A stretch of 64,000 nucleotides of DNA from assembly GCA_946965045.2 (NCBI GenBank), contig OX337234.1, forward strand, positions 3,224,001-3,288,000, given 5' to 3'. Shown piece after piece: positions 1-11,400 of the stretch (position 1 is the first letter of the stretch; each line of letters opens with the position of its first letter). This stretch comes from Epithemia pelagica (taxonomy: Eukaryota > Protista > Bacillariophyta). A model generated the notes under the pieces. It saw only the letters and a program-made list of their open reading frames with translations, was not told the DNA's origin and did not search any database. Position numbers and translations under genes: made by a program.

Positions 1-336
1 TTCGGTCACGACAATGGGAGACGATCGATATTGCAAATTCTTGACATGATCCAATCCTCCCAAGGGACCAAGTGGAATGGTTTTGGTAAAGGCAACCGTT
101 GTTTGGGTCAAGCCCTTGCTGTTTTCCTGGGGCAACACAATCGTGGCATTGTTGGCCACGTACTGGGCTGCAGGATGGGCAAAGTAAAAGTAGGGCTTGA
201 CAGTGTCCGGTCCAGGAGGATCCAAGGATGGTTCAAATAAGGGTTGGTCTGGATCGTCAAATGTGTCCCAAAACAAGACGGTCCTCTTGGTTTCGGTCTT
301 GTCGTCGTCCTTGTCGTTGGTCGAGGAGGACGGCAT
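1..336 (-). CDS. 5' part of a hypothetical protein resembling the bacterial DUF6081 family; runs off the left edge
   Basis: My translation of the minus strand from ATG at 336 is open for 112 codons to the window edge: MPSSSTNDKDDDKTETKRTVLFWDTFDDPDQPLFEP...YFYFAHP...FTKTIPLGPLGGLDHVKNLQYRSSPIVVTE. It is not in the ORF track because it has no stop. The GGLDHVK motif is recalled from DUF6081 proteins. Confidence 0.55.
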   Translation of the reverse strand, partial: MPSSSTNDKDDDKTETKRTVLFWDTFDDPDQPLFEPSLDPPGPDTVKPYFYFAHPAAQYVANNATIVLPQENSKGLTQTTVAFTKTIPLGPLGGLDHVKNLQYRSSPIVVTE

Positions 337-1044
337 GGTTCGGTCCTTGCTGCTGTGGTTGTTGTTGCCCTTCTCCGTTTCTGTTTCGTCTTGTGCTTGT
401 CCAAAACACACCCAAGCAAAGATACCACCGCTTGACAACGTTCATGTTCGTAAACTTGCCGGGTTGTGCTTGCCGGATCTTTGGCGTCGAAAGACTTCTT
501 GGTCACTTTGTGATTTGTGAGACGATCGCGTGGGTCGCGGATTCCTGGTGAGACTGCGCGCGTGCGCCTCTGTTCTGTTGTGTCCCCTCATTTTTTTCAA
601 TCCCCGCACTGCGAATTCGTTCCACACCATGGCGGTTTCAGGAACCAACCGTCCCGTTGGACCGGGTCAAGAAAGGAATCTCGGAATCGAGAGACAGGCG
701 GTTGGGGACAATGAGGAGGAGGATGGACGACAAGTATATGACGAACTCGGGACGAAGCACCATTGATAAAGTCTTAAGTAAGTATATGCTAGGAGATGCT
801 ACCTTGAGAATCGCCGCCGATCCAAGTGCCTGATCGTTGGTCATAATCCACACATGGCAAATAAAACTCCATGAAGACGAGCAACAAAGAAGAAGAAGAA
901 GAAGAGGATCGAAACGTTTGAAGAAAAAGAACAACAACCTGGAACGATAGTCACCTTCCTAGCAGCACAGTGACGCTACAAAAACGGAACCCCACACAAT
1001 CCTACTGGTACCATAAAATAGCTATATTAGTCAATAGAGGGCTG

Positions 1045-2906
1045 CTAGCACAAGGGATGCAATGGTTGGGATTGTGACTGGGATTGCTCCTCGGGAGATG
1101 TTGTCGAAACGGACACAAGTGGAGTAGTAGTCACCGATGCCGATACCAAGGATTGTGGTTGTGGTGGTGATTGTTTCCGAGTCGGGGATGGAACCATGGT
1201 AAGCGACAGGGGTGATGGGGAGGACACGGTCGCAACGACTGTCGAACCGGACGACGGCAGAGTCGTTGCAGCATTCGTAGGCATGTTGGTATGAGTATCG
1301 AGTGGTGGTCGGTTCGGGTGCTGATGAGACACGACGGGTTGGAGTTCAACGCCATAGTGTGCATGTTGAGAGGATGCTTGGTACACGTCTTGGGGTTGCA
1401 CCGATTTGGTGGCAATGGCCGGGAGGGGGGCATAGACAATGCGAGCCTTGTTGTTGTGGTTGTTGTTGTTGTTGGCTTCACTTGCCACATCGTCCTTGGG
1501 TTGTTGTTGGTGTTGCGGGTCCTTTCCAGTCTCGTCGTCGTCTTGTGCTCTATCTTGGTCGGGAGCGGCGGCGGCGTTGGTGGGCGACACCATGCGTCGC
1601 AACAAGGACGATCCTGGAAAGTACGACGCGTACACGGGGGAGGATGCTTTTGCCAATGGCAATCGTTGAGGTCCACGGGTCATGGTCGTGGCCGAAATGG
1701 TACTGCTATTGTTGTGGCTGCTCGAACGAATGCCGGCTCCGAGCGCCTGTAGACCGGCCCCCGAAGGAGCGGACGTGATGCGGATTTCCCCCGACTTGAG
1801 CGTCCCTGGTTGTTGTTGTTGCTGCTGTCGTTGTTCCGGATCGAGAGTAGTTCCATCCTCTTGTTCCCATTCCACATCTTCCTTGGCGGATTGCAAGGCA
1901 CTGGGGAGATCCCAATCGGACAATTCCAAATAACTGTTCGTGTCCAAAAGAAGTGAGATACAAAACATTCCGCACGAGAAAACAAAAAACAAAACAAGCA
2001 AAAAGAGGTGCGTGTAAGACTTGCAGTGTCCGATGGAGCAAGACGAACGTGTGTCATCCCCCTAGGCGAGCTTCCTGGTCGTGGTCCAGTTGCAGTAGTT
2101 GCTCCTGGTACCGCGTGGACACGTTCCTTGGTTCCCAAGCTGTATTAGTCGAACACGTACGCTTTGGCTTCGGTAATACCGAGTTTGGGAAATTCGGCCA
2201 AAAAGCTATAGAGCTTGTATTCCTTGGCATTGGTATCTTGAACGCGGAGAAAGCCACTTTTCAGGGCCTTGGCGGAAATGGGAATGACGAGCTTTTTGGG
2301 CGCAAGCAACAAGGAGTGTCCGGAAAAGTGATTGGCCTGACGCAAGCGGGTACTGGAAATTTTGTAGGCGAGACAAATGCCTTGCAGCGTGTCGGTGGGC
2401 AAAATCAAGTGTTCGACGTAATCGACCCCCAAGACGCCCTTGCCGGCTGGACCCACACAGTCGTGACTGACGACATCGTTGGAATCAATGGTGGAATTGC
2501 TGTGCGTCCGATGCAAGGGATACTGCGGAGGAGGTATCGATCGGACGGCCGATCGATGCGGGGGTGGAACCGCCGGACTGCCACCGCCACTGCTGCTGCC
2601 ACCACCACCGTGGAATCGATGCTGCGATCGTGTAGTGGTGGTGGAGGAACCAAAGTCGTCGGTTCGAATGCTCCGGACACTGCCCGTGGTGGGAACCCAT
2701 ACGGCCGCCGCACGCGCCGAACTGCCACAGGCACTGCGACTGCTGCTCGTGTTGTTGGTGGTGTTTGGGTGGTGGCGTTCGGAGGAGACCAGATCCCATT
2801 CGTCATCGTCGTCGTCGCCGTGATGACTGGACGCTTCGTGGACACGGAGGGGCGATTGAGCTCCAAATTCAACCAAAATGCGTGCTGGAGGGTGCGGACT
2901 GGCCAT
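1045..2906 (-). CDS. LysM-domain protein, 2 exons (2906-2161, 1933-1045), about 544 aa
   Basis: LysM motif VEHLILPTDTLQGICLAYKISSTRLRQANHF...LVIP. A 227-bp intron 2160-1934 (GTACGT...AACAG) joins EAKA|YLELSDWDL in frame. The spliced length of 1635 nt is divisible by 3. Confidence 0.8.
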
Positions 2907-4366
2907 GGTGTGTTGGCGGAGTGGTCGTACTTTAAGGATTGAGAATGAGTGTAATTTTCTATTTCTGCTGCTGCTGTTGGTCCACTGGCACAAGGAGGAT
3001 GGAGGATGTACGGTCGGACACAAGGATATGGTAACAACAAGTAGGTGAGGACAAGATTCACTTCCAGCTTCAAGGATAACTTCCACTATCCTCAAAAAGA
3101 CAATACAAGTGACAGTGAGAGTCGAATTTCCTTGTTGGTGGTGACCCGAAAAAACTCTACACGACGAACGCAACACTACTAGAGCCTTGTGGTGATGAGG
3201 ATGATGTGGGGTTCCTCCATTCAGGGTTCCATATCTCACCAATCACTCGAGACAAAGAATCTTGGACCCACAATATGGAAACCATTGTGCCTGCGGACTC
3301 ACCTTTTGGTGCACCACCGAGTTCTACACAAGTATATGAGAATCGAGGGGGAGCAAGTTCCGTTGACTCCGTTCTCTCTACAGCTCTTGGTCGATCCAAC
3401 GTTCCAAACAATTCTGCTGCTTTCCAGTGCAGTGCAACCGTTACCAAGAGGGCGAGAGGAACCAAAGACCAAAGCCTTGTCGTTTGGTCCAATCGATGGA
3501 CAACAGACGACACTCGAAGAAAAGATAAAAGTTGCTTGGATTGTGAAGAGGGTGCTGGCCAAAAATTGGGGAATACGAAATCTCCTCCGGCTTTGTAGAT
3601 CAACTCTCGTTTAAAGTCTGAATGGGCAATGACTGGATGGAAGAGACTCGAAAGGATCTTTCCTTGTCAGGTATTACGAGCATTTCACTTCTTTCATGAG
3701 TCCTCCATTCTCTATTCATCTTGTAAGGCGAGTCTAAATCGTGTGGAAGTCTCGTTTCCTGGTCCCCCAAACTCCTCACGAGCGCCATGCTTTCGTATGT
3801 TCCACGGGAAGGCTACTGTCGAACGATTGCTCGGCTCGCTCCGAAGTAGTGACTCCTCCCCCAATCCCCCAAAGCGCCCTCCATTCGGTCACGCCAATGC
3901 CCGTCCGTCCAACCATCCGTCTTTAGGACGCGACTCTGGAGCGTCTGAATCATTCGCTCCAGAGTCGCTGTGGATAATGCTAACATCATTGGAAGTTGCC
4001 ACTTGCCACACCTCTATTGAATCATCTTCAACGGATCAACGGAAAGAAAGAGAGAAAGCGAGAAAGCTCAACGTCCAATACAATAATATATATCATACAA
4101 TAGCTCAAGAGAACCGAATCAGATTGCAGCCATCATTGATACACGCAACAAACAGCAAGAGGCTTTTGTGTGTTGATTTGCCTTTTGAAGAATCTCTCTT
4201 GGCGTGTGGATCATCAGACGGTTGCCCTTTTGTCAGGCGTGCACGTATTGCCAAGTAGACAAAACAAAACCACGAGATAGAACAAGAGCAACCCCAACGG
4301 ACTGTGGAGAGAGAACCATTACATCCAAAGTGTAGTGAAAAACCAAGACCTGGATACCAAGGAATC

Positions 4367-6142
4367 ATGAACAAGGACGACCAACGTGACACTACCAACA
4401 AGAACAAGGAGAACAATCACAACATGAATTCACCGGCCAGCGAAGATGAAGAAGACGAACAAGAAGAAACCATCTCTCCCTTGCCTCTCACATCACGTCC
4501 TCGTCGCATGCCAAACATCAACAACAACAACACTGCCACGAAGACTGTAAGTCAACGTCGGTTGCATCAATCCATGCCACCCATGCGACTCTCCTCGGAA
4601 GATGGATCAAAGACGGCACAAGATCGATGGCGCATGTTGCGAACGGTCCGACGCGTTCAATCGGTCTTGGTGCATTCCTTGCAAGCCGAAGAACGAGAAT
4701 TGTTGCAGCACATTTCTTCTTCCAGTACCACCACGGCCCGTGCGACACCCACCACCACCAGTACCCCACACACAACTCATAAGACTGTGGATTCGAACCG
4801 AGACGTTCATCGTCAAGAATTGCACAAGGTATTGCAAGAGCACAAGGAATCGCTGCCCGCCGCCGAAACGGAATATTTGCATCAATTGATTGCCTCGCCT
4901 CATGTTTCTTCGGAATGGGTCGGCAAGGCCCGACAATCGGTGGTCTGGAGCTTGTCCCGCTCGGCCACCTTGCAAGAATCGCTCCGCACGGCCGCCGACG
5001 AGACTCCTTCCACCAAAACAATGATCCGTTCGACGCCGCTCCAAGGATCCATTCCGGAAGGAGGAGGAGGTGAAGTGGGACGTCCCTCGTTGAAACAAGT
5101 GCCAACGGATGCTTCCTTTCGCAAGGAACTGTGGGACTTTTCCGAAAGCTCCTTGTCCTTGGCATCGGCCGAGCAGTCTCCGAAACGAGAGCAACAACAA
5201 CAACCATCACAGCCACCGGCACCAGAGAACAACAACAACACTCCGGATACCAATGCGAATGCGGCCAATCCCTGGACGTCGTGGTTTCCATTCTGGACTG
5301 GACCAACCAGCCGTCCTTCCACGGACGATCAATCCAAGGCAACGGCCGTCACTCAAGAAGACGACGACGATGAGGATGAGTTGTGGGACTATCGGATTTT
5401 GGGGACACTGGGTGGAACCGACCCCGACTGTGCACCCCATGTCTTGACCCCGCCCATGATGCATGCCTTGAGACCACATTTGCCCACGAGTATTCAGTAC
5501 GATAATTTTTGGCTCAAATATTCCCTCCTTCGCGACGGTGCCTCGTTGGAAACCATGGTCCATCAACTCCGGAATTCGACCCGGACCGTCTTGGCTGTGG
5601 AAACCACCGACGGTCACGTGTTGGGGGCCGTGTGCAGTTCGCCGTGGACGCCTCGTGGCCACAAGTATTTTGGCAGTGGCGAATCCTTTGTGTGGCAGTT
5701 GCGTCGCTCGCGGTATACACCCTGTGCCACGGTCCAGGACCAAGTCGCCTTGGAACAAGAAGTGGATTTGTACAAGTGGAGTGGCCACAATCGCAACGTC
5801 CAACGACTCGTCCATGTCCACGAACCCCTCATGTTGGGTGGGGGAGGACCCGACGAGGTCGACCCCACTGGGACGGTACACGGCAGTGACGATGCCTTTG
5901 GATCGGCCTTGATTTTGTCACCCGATTTAGAATTTGGTCATTCCCATGCCTGTCTCACTTTTAACAGTCCACCCCTCCTCCAACAAAATAATGATAATAC
6001 AACCAAGAAGGAGCGGTTGCAATTTGCCATTCGCAATGTCGAAGTGTGGACGTTGACACCCGTCGATACGTTGGATCAAGCCGAAAAGGTGGAATTGGGA
6101 CGTCGGTTTATTTTTGAACAAGGTGCCTTTGTACAAGATTAA
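4367..6142 (+). CDS. TLDc-domain (OXR1/NCOA7-like) protein
   Basis: Intronless ORF. The C-terminal region has TLDc hallmarks: LKYSLLRDGASL, LAVETTDGHVLGA, YFGSGESFVW, LMLGGGG, GHSHACLTFNSPPL, FAIRNVEVW. Confidence 0.9.
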   Translation: MNKDDQRDTTNKNKENNHNMNSPASEDEEDEQEETISPLPLTSRPRRMPNINNNNTATKTVSQRRLHQSMPPMRLSSEDGSKTAQDRWRMLRTVRRVQSVLVHSLQAEERELLQHISSSSTTTARATPTTTSTPHTTHKTVDSNRDVHRQELHKVLQEHKESLPAAETEYLHQLIASPHVSSEWVGKARQSVVWSLSRSATLQESLRTAADETPSTKTMIRSTPLQGSIPEGGGGEVGRPSLKQVPTDASFRKELWDFSESSLSLASAEQSPKREQQQQPSQPPAPENNNNTPDTNANAANPWTSWFPFWTGPTSRPSTDDQSKATAVTQEDDDDEDELWDYRILGTLGGTDPDCAPHVLTPPMMHALRPHLPTSIQYDNFWLKYSLLRDGASLETMVHQLRNSTRTVLAVETTDGHVLGAVCSSPWTPRGHKYFGSGESFVWQLRRSRYTPCATVQDQVALEQEVDLYKWSGHNRNVQRLVHVHEPLMLGGGGPDEVDPTGTVHGSDDAFGSALILSPDLEFGHSHACLTFNSPPLLQQNNDNTTKKERLQFAIRNVEVWTLTPVDTLDQAEKVELGRRFIFEQGAFVQD

Positions 6143-6890
6143 TCTCCTAGAGGAGACACTGCCAACTCTACTACTCTAACTTTACGTGACGACGACGATA
6201 ACAAAAACAACAACTGCTTTCGGAGTGTGTTGATGGAAAGCGAATCGCGTGACTTTAGCCCATCCCTCGTGAATCATGGCGTCGCAAACAGTGGTGTTGT
6301 CGTCGTCGATCGTGCTTGTGTCTAGGTAGAGACATTGCGCGTCATCGTTGTTGTCCATGTGTGCACCATCCAGAGGCGCTTTATCCCTCCTACTGCTAGC
6401 TACTAGAGAGTGCCACACGCTTTTGTTCGTACACTACCGAGATTTGACCTGTGGATACCACCAAAAGGAGATCACCATGCGATTTCCAAGAGAGACCGTT
6501 GGCTACATCTACATAGACCAGGGGTCGCGCCTTGGGGGTAACTATGGGAACATGAACCGGACGTCCATTCACGATACACTTGCCAAACGCATAGAACCGA
6601 CACGATTTTTAGACGACTACGCAACAGTGAAAGCCTTCTTATGGGCAGATCAAAACCTTTCAAAGACAGGTTACGATTACTGTCATGACGAGCGGAGGAA
6701 GTGCATCTAGGATCGCCAGAATCAGAATGGCCTAACAGTGTTAGACCTATGGAAAAGTGGTACGTAGGAATATAGTTCGATTCTTCTTGTACTGTTACTC
6801 GAATTAGATTTGCTCAGACGAACATCGGAGACGATGAGTTGGTCCAATCACACACATCGTTCCATCATCCTCCTACTACTACTATTTCTA

Positions 6891-7783
6891 CTAAAGGATT
6901 CCAAACAGGTTGTACAAAGCGAGTGCCGAGGCCACACCCACGGTAAGGACAGGGCCCCACATTCCATACCAGTGCTGCTGGGAGGCGGAGGAGGAGGTGT
7001 CCATGTTGGTAGCCGCATCGTATTGAAAGAGTTGCTGCCATTCAGTTTGCGTCATGCACCGATCGCCTCCAGTTTTTTCCACAAGGCGTTGGGCCAAATC
7101 GGGGGGAATAATGGTCTTGCCTTCAAAGAAAATGTTCAAAAAGTCCACCACATTCGAGGCCGAAACACAACGTTCGTCCTCCGTGTTGGTAGCCGCGTTG
7201 GTGCAAGCCACGATATCATCAAAGAAAAAGTCTCCGGCTGGCTGCGCAAGGCGCAAATCTTCTTTTCCAATAGATCAATCATGCCATCACTATTGGTATC
7301 GATACGGCCAACGGCGGTGTCCACAATGCTCTCGATATCTTTTTCTGTCGCATCCTTTTCGAGTTTGACGAGCAACCTCGACAACAAAGTGACATAGACA
7401 GAACGAATGACATCTGAGGAAAAGCTTTCTGAACCTTCCAAGCTTTGAAACAATGTCTGCAGCTGCTCTTTGGCTTGTTGACGGAACGCAATGGTTGCAG
7501 CGTCAATGTCTCCTCCTTGATCACTATCCGTTTGTGCTTGTTGGGGCTTAAACGTCGACGGCAACGAACCAAGAATGTAACACAGAGAAGGATCGTAGTC
7601 ATTGCTGGTTTCATCCTCGACGAGTTCTCGAGTTCTCTTGGACAACAAATCATACTTGGAGATGGGGATTGAAATCCCTCCTGAGATCGTGGCGATCTGG
7701 CCAATCGGAGGACTCGTGATCGTCGGGCTCACGACAGAAACAAAGGAATCCTTGAGCCATGTGGCTTGCAATACCGACGACAT
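6891..7783 (-). pseudogene. EF-hand protein with C-terminal hydrophobic anchor, frameshifted near 7262 (pseudogene or sequencing indel)
   Basis: ORF 7136-7783 contains the EF-hand loop DTNSDGMIDLLE. Coding-like sequence continues in another frame (EDLRLAQPAGDFFFDD...WGPVLTVGVASALALYNLFGIL, ORF 6891-7256). One extra base in GGAAAAGAAG would join the two. Confidence 0.5.
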
Positions 7784-8240
7784 GATGAATTACGGTGATG
7801 ATGCCCTGGAACTTGGAACCTGTCAACACAAAATAAGAGATCTTCTCAAAAAATCTTTTTTAGAGACACACAAAAGATTTGGAATCTTTTTCTTTGCTGG
7901 GTGCGCGCGCAACTCTTAAGTATCGGTGCTCCCAGTCACTCCAAATAATAATGGGCAAAGCGCAGCCAAGCAGGCCGATTTACTTAACAATTCTCTGGGG
8001 CAATAGTCTGAAATATTTATGCGAAAATTGACAGGCCTGCGCTTCTTTGACTTTTTCAAGACCAAAGACCATCTAAAAAGAATTCATTCGGGGATCACCC
8101 AACCAATTTTCGGATATGATACCGATACTTTGGGGGCCACTTTTTGGTCACCACAATCCACCAAACACAACAACCATCATATACAATGACTCAACATGCA
8201 CCACCTTCATCCTGACGACAACGACAACGACGGCGGCCAC

Positions 8241-8351
8241 AAAATACGGTCATGTCATTAACTCATAAACTAAAAGAGTGACCATTAGGAACCTCTAACC
8301 TAGAGGTCTATGTCTCGCTAAAATCTCGCCCATAACCGCGACCATTTCTTG
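8241..8351 (-). repeat. 3' LTR of copia element 1 (111 bp)
   Basis: AAAATACGG...CATTTCTTG is identical to 13714-13824. In element orientation it is preceded by the polypurine tract GAGGGGA (8359-8353). Confidence 0.9.
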
Positions 8352-8490
8352 GTCCCCTCGCGATTCTCTGACCATTGCTAGGGTAATCGTGTCCCCATTC
8401 ATCATTATATTCCTTCATGACCTGCTTAAAGCCCAATTCTTATGAGTGCAGGACGTACCCAAACCCGCTTTGCAGTCGGTGGGAAACGTA

Positions 8491-11400
8491 CTAATACAAT
8501 ATCAAAGTAGCCAACCGAGTCCTTTCTGTTCCTGTTTGTATCTTTGTCAAAAGATCCGCAAGGTTAGTACGTGACGGCTCATATGCGATTCGACAGGTAC
8601 CATTAGCCACATTCTCACGGACAAAGTGATACGCAATTGCATTTGATTTCTTACGCAACACTGACTCGGGCCTTGAACTGTTTTGGACAACCGACATATT
8701 GTCCACTCTGACATGGGTGTGGCCGTCAAGAGGTACACCCATCATTCTGAGCTTGTAACGGAGTCCCTTTATCATCTCCACTCCAACCTTCAGAGCCATG
8801 AATTCAGACCCAAAGGTGGAAGTTTCCACACTTGTCTGCTTTTTACTGTACCAGTTTATGGGAGCTCGGTTCAGATAAATCAAAACGCCGGTTCTGGATC
8901 TTCGTGTTACCAAATCTCCAGCATGATCAGAATCCACGAAGGCGGTCATTTGCACTGCCTTCCCCAGTGGTTCAGGTGCATCTGGGGGTATGTCCTCTTT
9001 TGCATCCGGATTAAACCCCGTCCAATCCACAGAAGGTTCCTCACCATGTACTATATAATCGGGATCCAGTACCAATCTTGATCTGTCGTGCGTATTGATA
9101 TACGCGAAAACATGCAGCATTGCATGGACGTGTCCTTCTCTTGGTGCAGCTAAGAAAGCCGACAACATAGAAACTTCCGCTGTAATATCAATCCGGCCAA
9201 GTTCCACTAACCATCGTAGAACGCCTATCTGTTGCTGGTAGAAGTTCATCCATTCTTGATCGCAATATGCACTTGTGTCCAGCTCCGGCCTGTAGCCGCT
9301 TGGGAGGACACCGGCTGTACGTGTTTTGAACTGCATCCCTCGACTATCCATCCATGTTTGCACATTACGGATTGCTTCTTTCGCATACCTCCGAGAACTC
9401 AATGCCCAACATCTTTTGGAACTGTCATTGTCCACGTCGAAGGTCTCTACTTGATTGCCCAGGTAGATTTTGGGCGGTCCAATCGAATCCGGCTTTAAGA
9501 GATAATGCTGGTCTAACATGTTGAGGATGTTCTTTCCTTGATCAGACAATACCAAAACATCGTCGATGTAGATGAATACCAGCTTGTAATATCTAGTCCC
9601 GTCGGCCTTTGTTGCCGGTCTCATATAAACATCAGGGTCTGCACGACAAGCCTTGAAACCAAGAGATTCTTGGAGCGTCGTTGACAAATGCTCCCTCCAT
9701 GCGAATGCACTGGTCTTCAATCCATATAGAGCTTTTGTTCTGATGGCGAATCGGCCTTCGAATTCCGTTCCGAACTCCAACCCACACTTCATGCAGATTT
9801 TCTCATGACAAGGAGCGTTTAAATAAGCTCCAGCGATATCCGCAGCAATGACATCGATGCCATTCAACGCCGCCAACAAGAAACCAATCCGAACGCTCTC
9901 CCTCGAAACGACACTCGCGTAGGTCGGTGTTTCGGGTTCTTGTGTTTTGTGACCTCCAGCAACAAACCTGGCCTTCCTGGTAAAGTCCATTTTAACGTCA
10001 AAGACTATGTGACAGGGTATAACCTGGTGCCCAACAGGTTGTGCGGCCCCTTCATCAAGGATCTTGACTGCCGGAATGATCTTGGACATTTCGAGACGTA
10101 ATGCTTTGGCCCAGAAGTCTGTGCCCGTCTCTTTATCGATCTGCAGCGCTCTTTCGACCGTCTTGGGAATTTCTATCCCGTACTTCTGCCATTTACGCAT
10201 ATACCTCGTAGATTTGGCAGCCTTGATGAGGCGGTCTCTCCTTTTAAGCGTAAAGTTGACCCACCATACGAATGCCGGCTCTTTGTCGATCATATTCGCT
10301 ACTGCATATTCAGCAACTTCCAGGGGATTCGACTCCTTCAGATCTTTAAGGAGTTCCCAACTCGTCGACCCATCACGCCATTGAACACAGAGCGACCATC
10401 CTCTCGTCGTCCTTTTCTTGTGTTCACGTCCGTTTAGCATTAGCGTCCCCTTAGAAAGTGGGATTGCTGTTGCATCCTTCTTGTGATCAATTATTTGATC
10501 AATCAGTCGGTATTTGTTGCCTTCATCATCTAACTGTTCATAGATGTTTTCCGCGATTATATTCGCGGCATAAGCTTCAACATGCCCATCTTGAAACTCC
10601 ACTTCGTACATAGACGTGTCTAAATAGGGATTTGCCGACGCCTTGCCCACTAAGTTGCCTTCTGCGTCCCTTTTCCTTCGTTTCACTTGACCGGATCGTA
10701 GTGAGTCGCCGAGTGGTAGCATTACCTTCGCCGATATCAATTTGTCATAGGCATCTACTTTGTGCTCATCCATCTCGGGTTTCCTGACGTCCCCTTGCTC
10801 GTCATCCTCATAAGGTTCATAATGCGGGGTTTCATTGTCATATTCGTCAGGTTCTTCATCGTCTTCTTCCGGTGGCAAACCCTCTATTCTTGCTCCCAAT
10901 GCTGCTCGGAGCGAATCATTAAATTGCTCCTTTTGCGCAGTGAAGGTCTCGTCGTGGGATTTTTCTACGGACAACGGCCAAACAGACGTTCTGTGCACGA
11001 TCTTTCCTTTTGCAGTGAGTATCTTCGAACTCATGGCTTGTCCAACACTATGACTTGGACCAAGCCATCGTCCCAGTTTCCTTCCCTCAAATCCAGGGTT
11101 GGAATACCAAACTGGGTCATACCAACGATGCTCCACCAAATGGGATATATCGGGTGTGTCCCCTGTAAGAACCTTCATTGGCGGACCTTCAACATACGGA
11201 CTGGTCGTCAGTACCGTATGGGATCTTCTTCTGGCCATAAGCTCCAAGCAATGGTCCCACAGAACAGCCGGGCAATTCGTCCTTCTCATCTCGCGCCTGT
11301 ACATGCGCTTGAGCTCCCGGATGTTGGCTTCCGCTAAGTTCTGATTTGGCGTCCAAGCCTCGATAGGCTTTACTCGACAACCAAACTTATGTGCGGTCTT

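Noticed and set aside
2140-2160. Possible 21-nt intron GTACGT...CTAATACAG in the LysM gene
   Set aside because: Too short, and it leads into a non-homologous frame. The 227-bp intron restores a sensible protein.
1953-2942. 329-aa plus-strand ORF, and many similar shadow ORFs over TLDc, LRR, pol and transposase genes
   Set aside because: Antisense or alternate-frame shadows of genes with clear domains; low-complexity translations with no motifs.
3157-4258. ORFs of 130-209 aa between the LysM and TLDc genes
   Set aside because: Overlapping on both strands, no recognisable motif, and located in the presumed shared promoter region.
6182-6710. Short ORFs (MIHEGWAKV..., MRFPRETVG...)
   Set aside because: Possibly gene fragments, but too short to support a call.
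8327-8337. GCCCATAACC (tRNA-iMet anticodon-like) as the PBS
   Set aside because: It lies inside both LTRs rather than just downstream of the 5' LTR.
8253-8344. Internal TG...CA segment as the true LTR of copia element 1
   Set aside because: Identity between the two copies extends 12 bp left and at least 7 bp right of it, and the TSD, PPT and PBS fit only the 111-112-bp boundaries.
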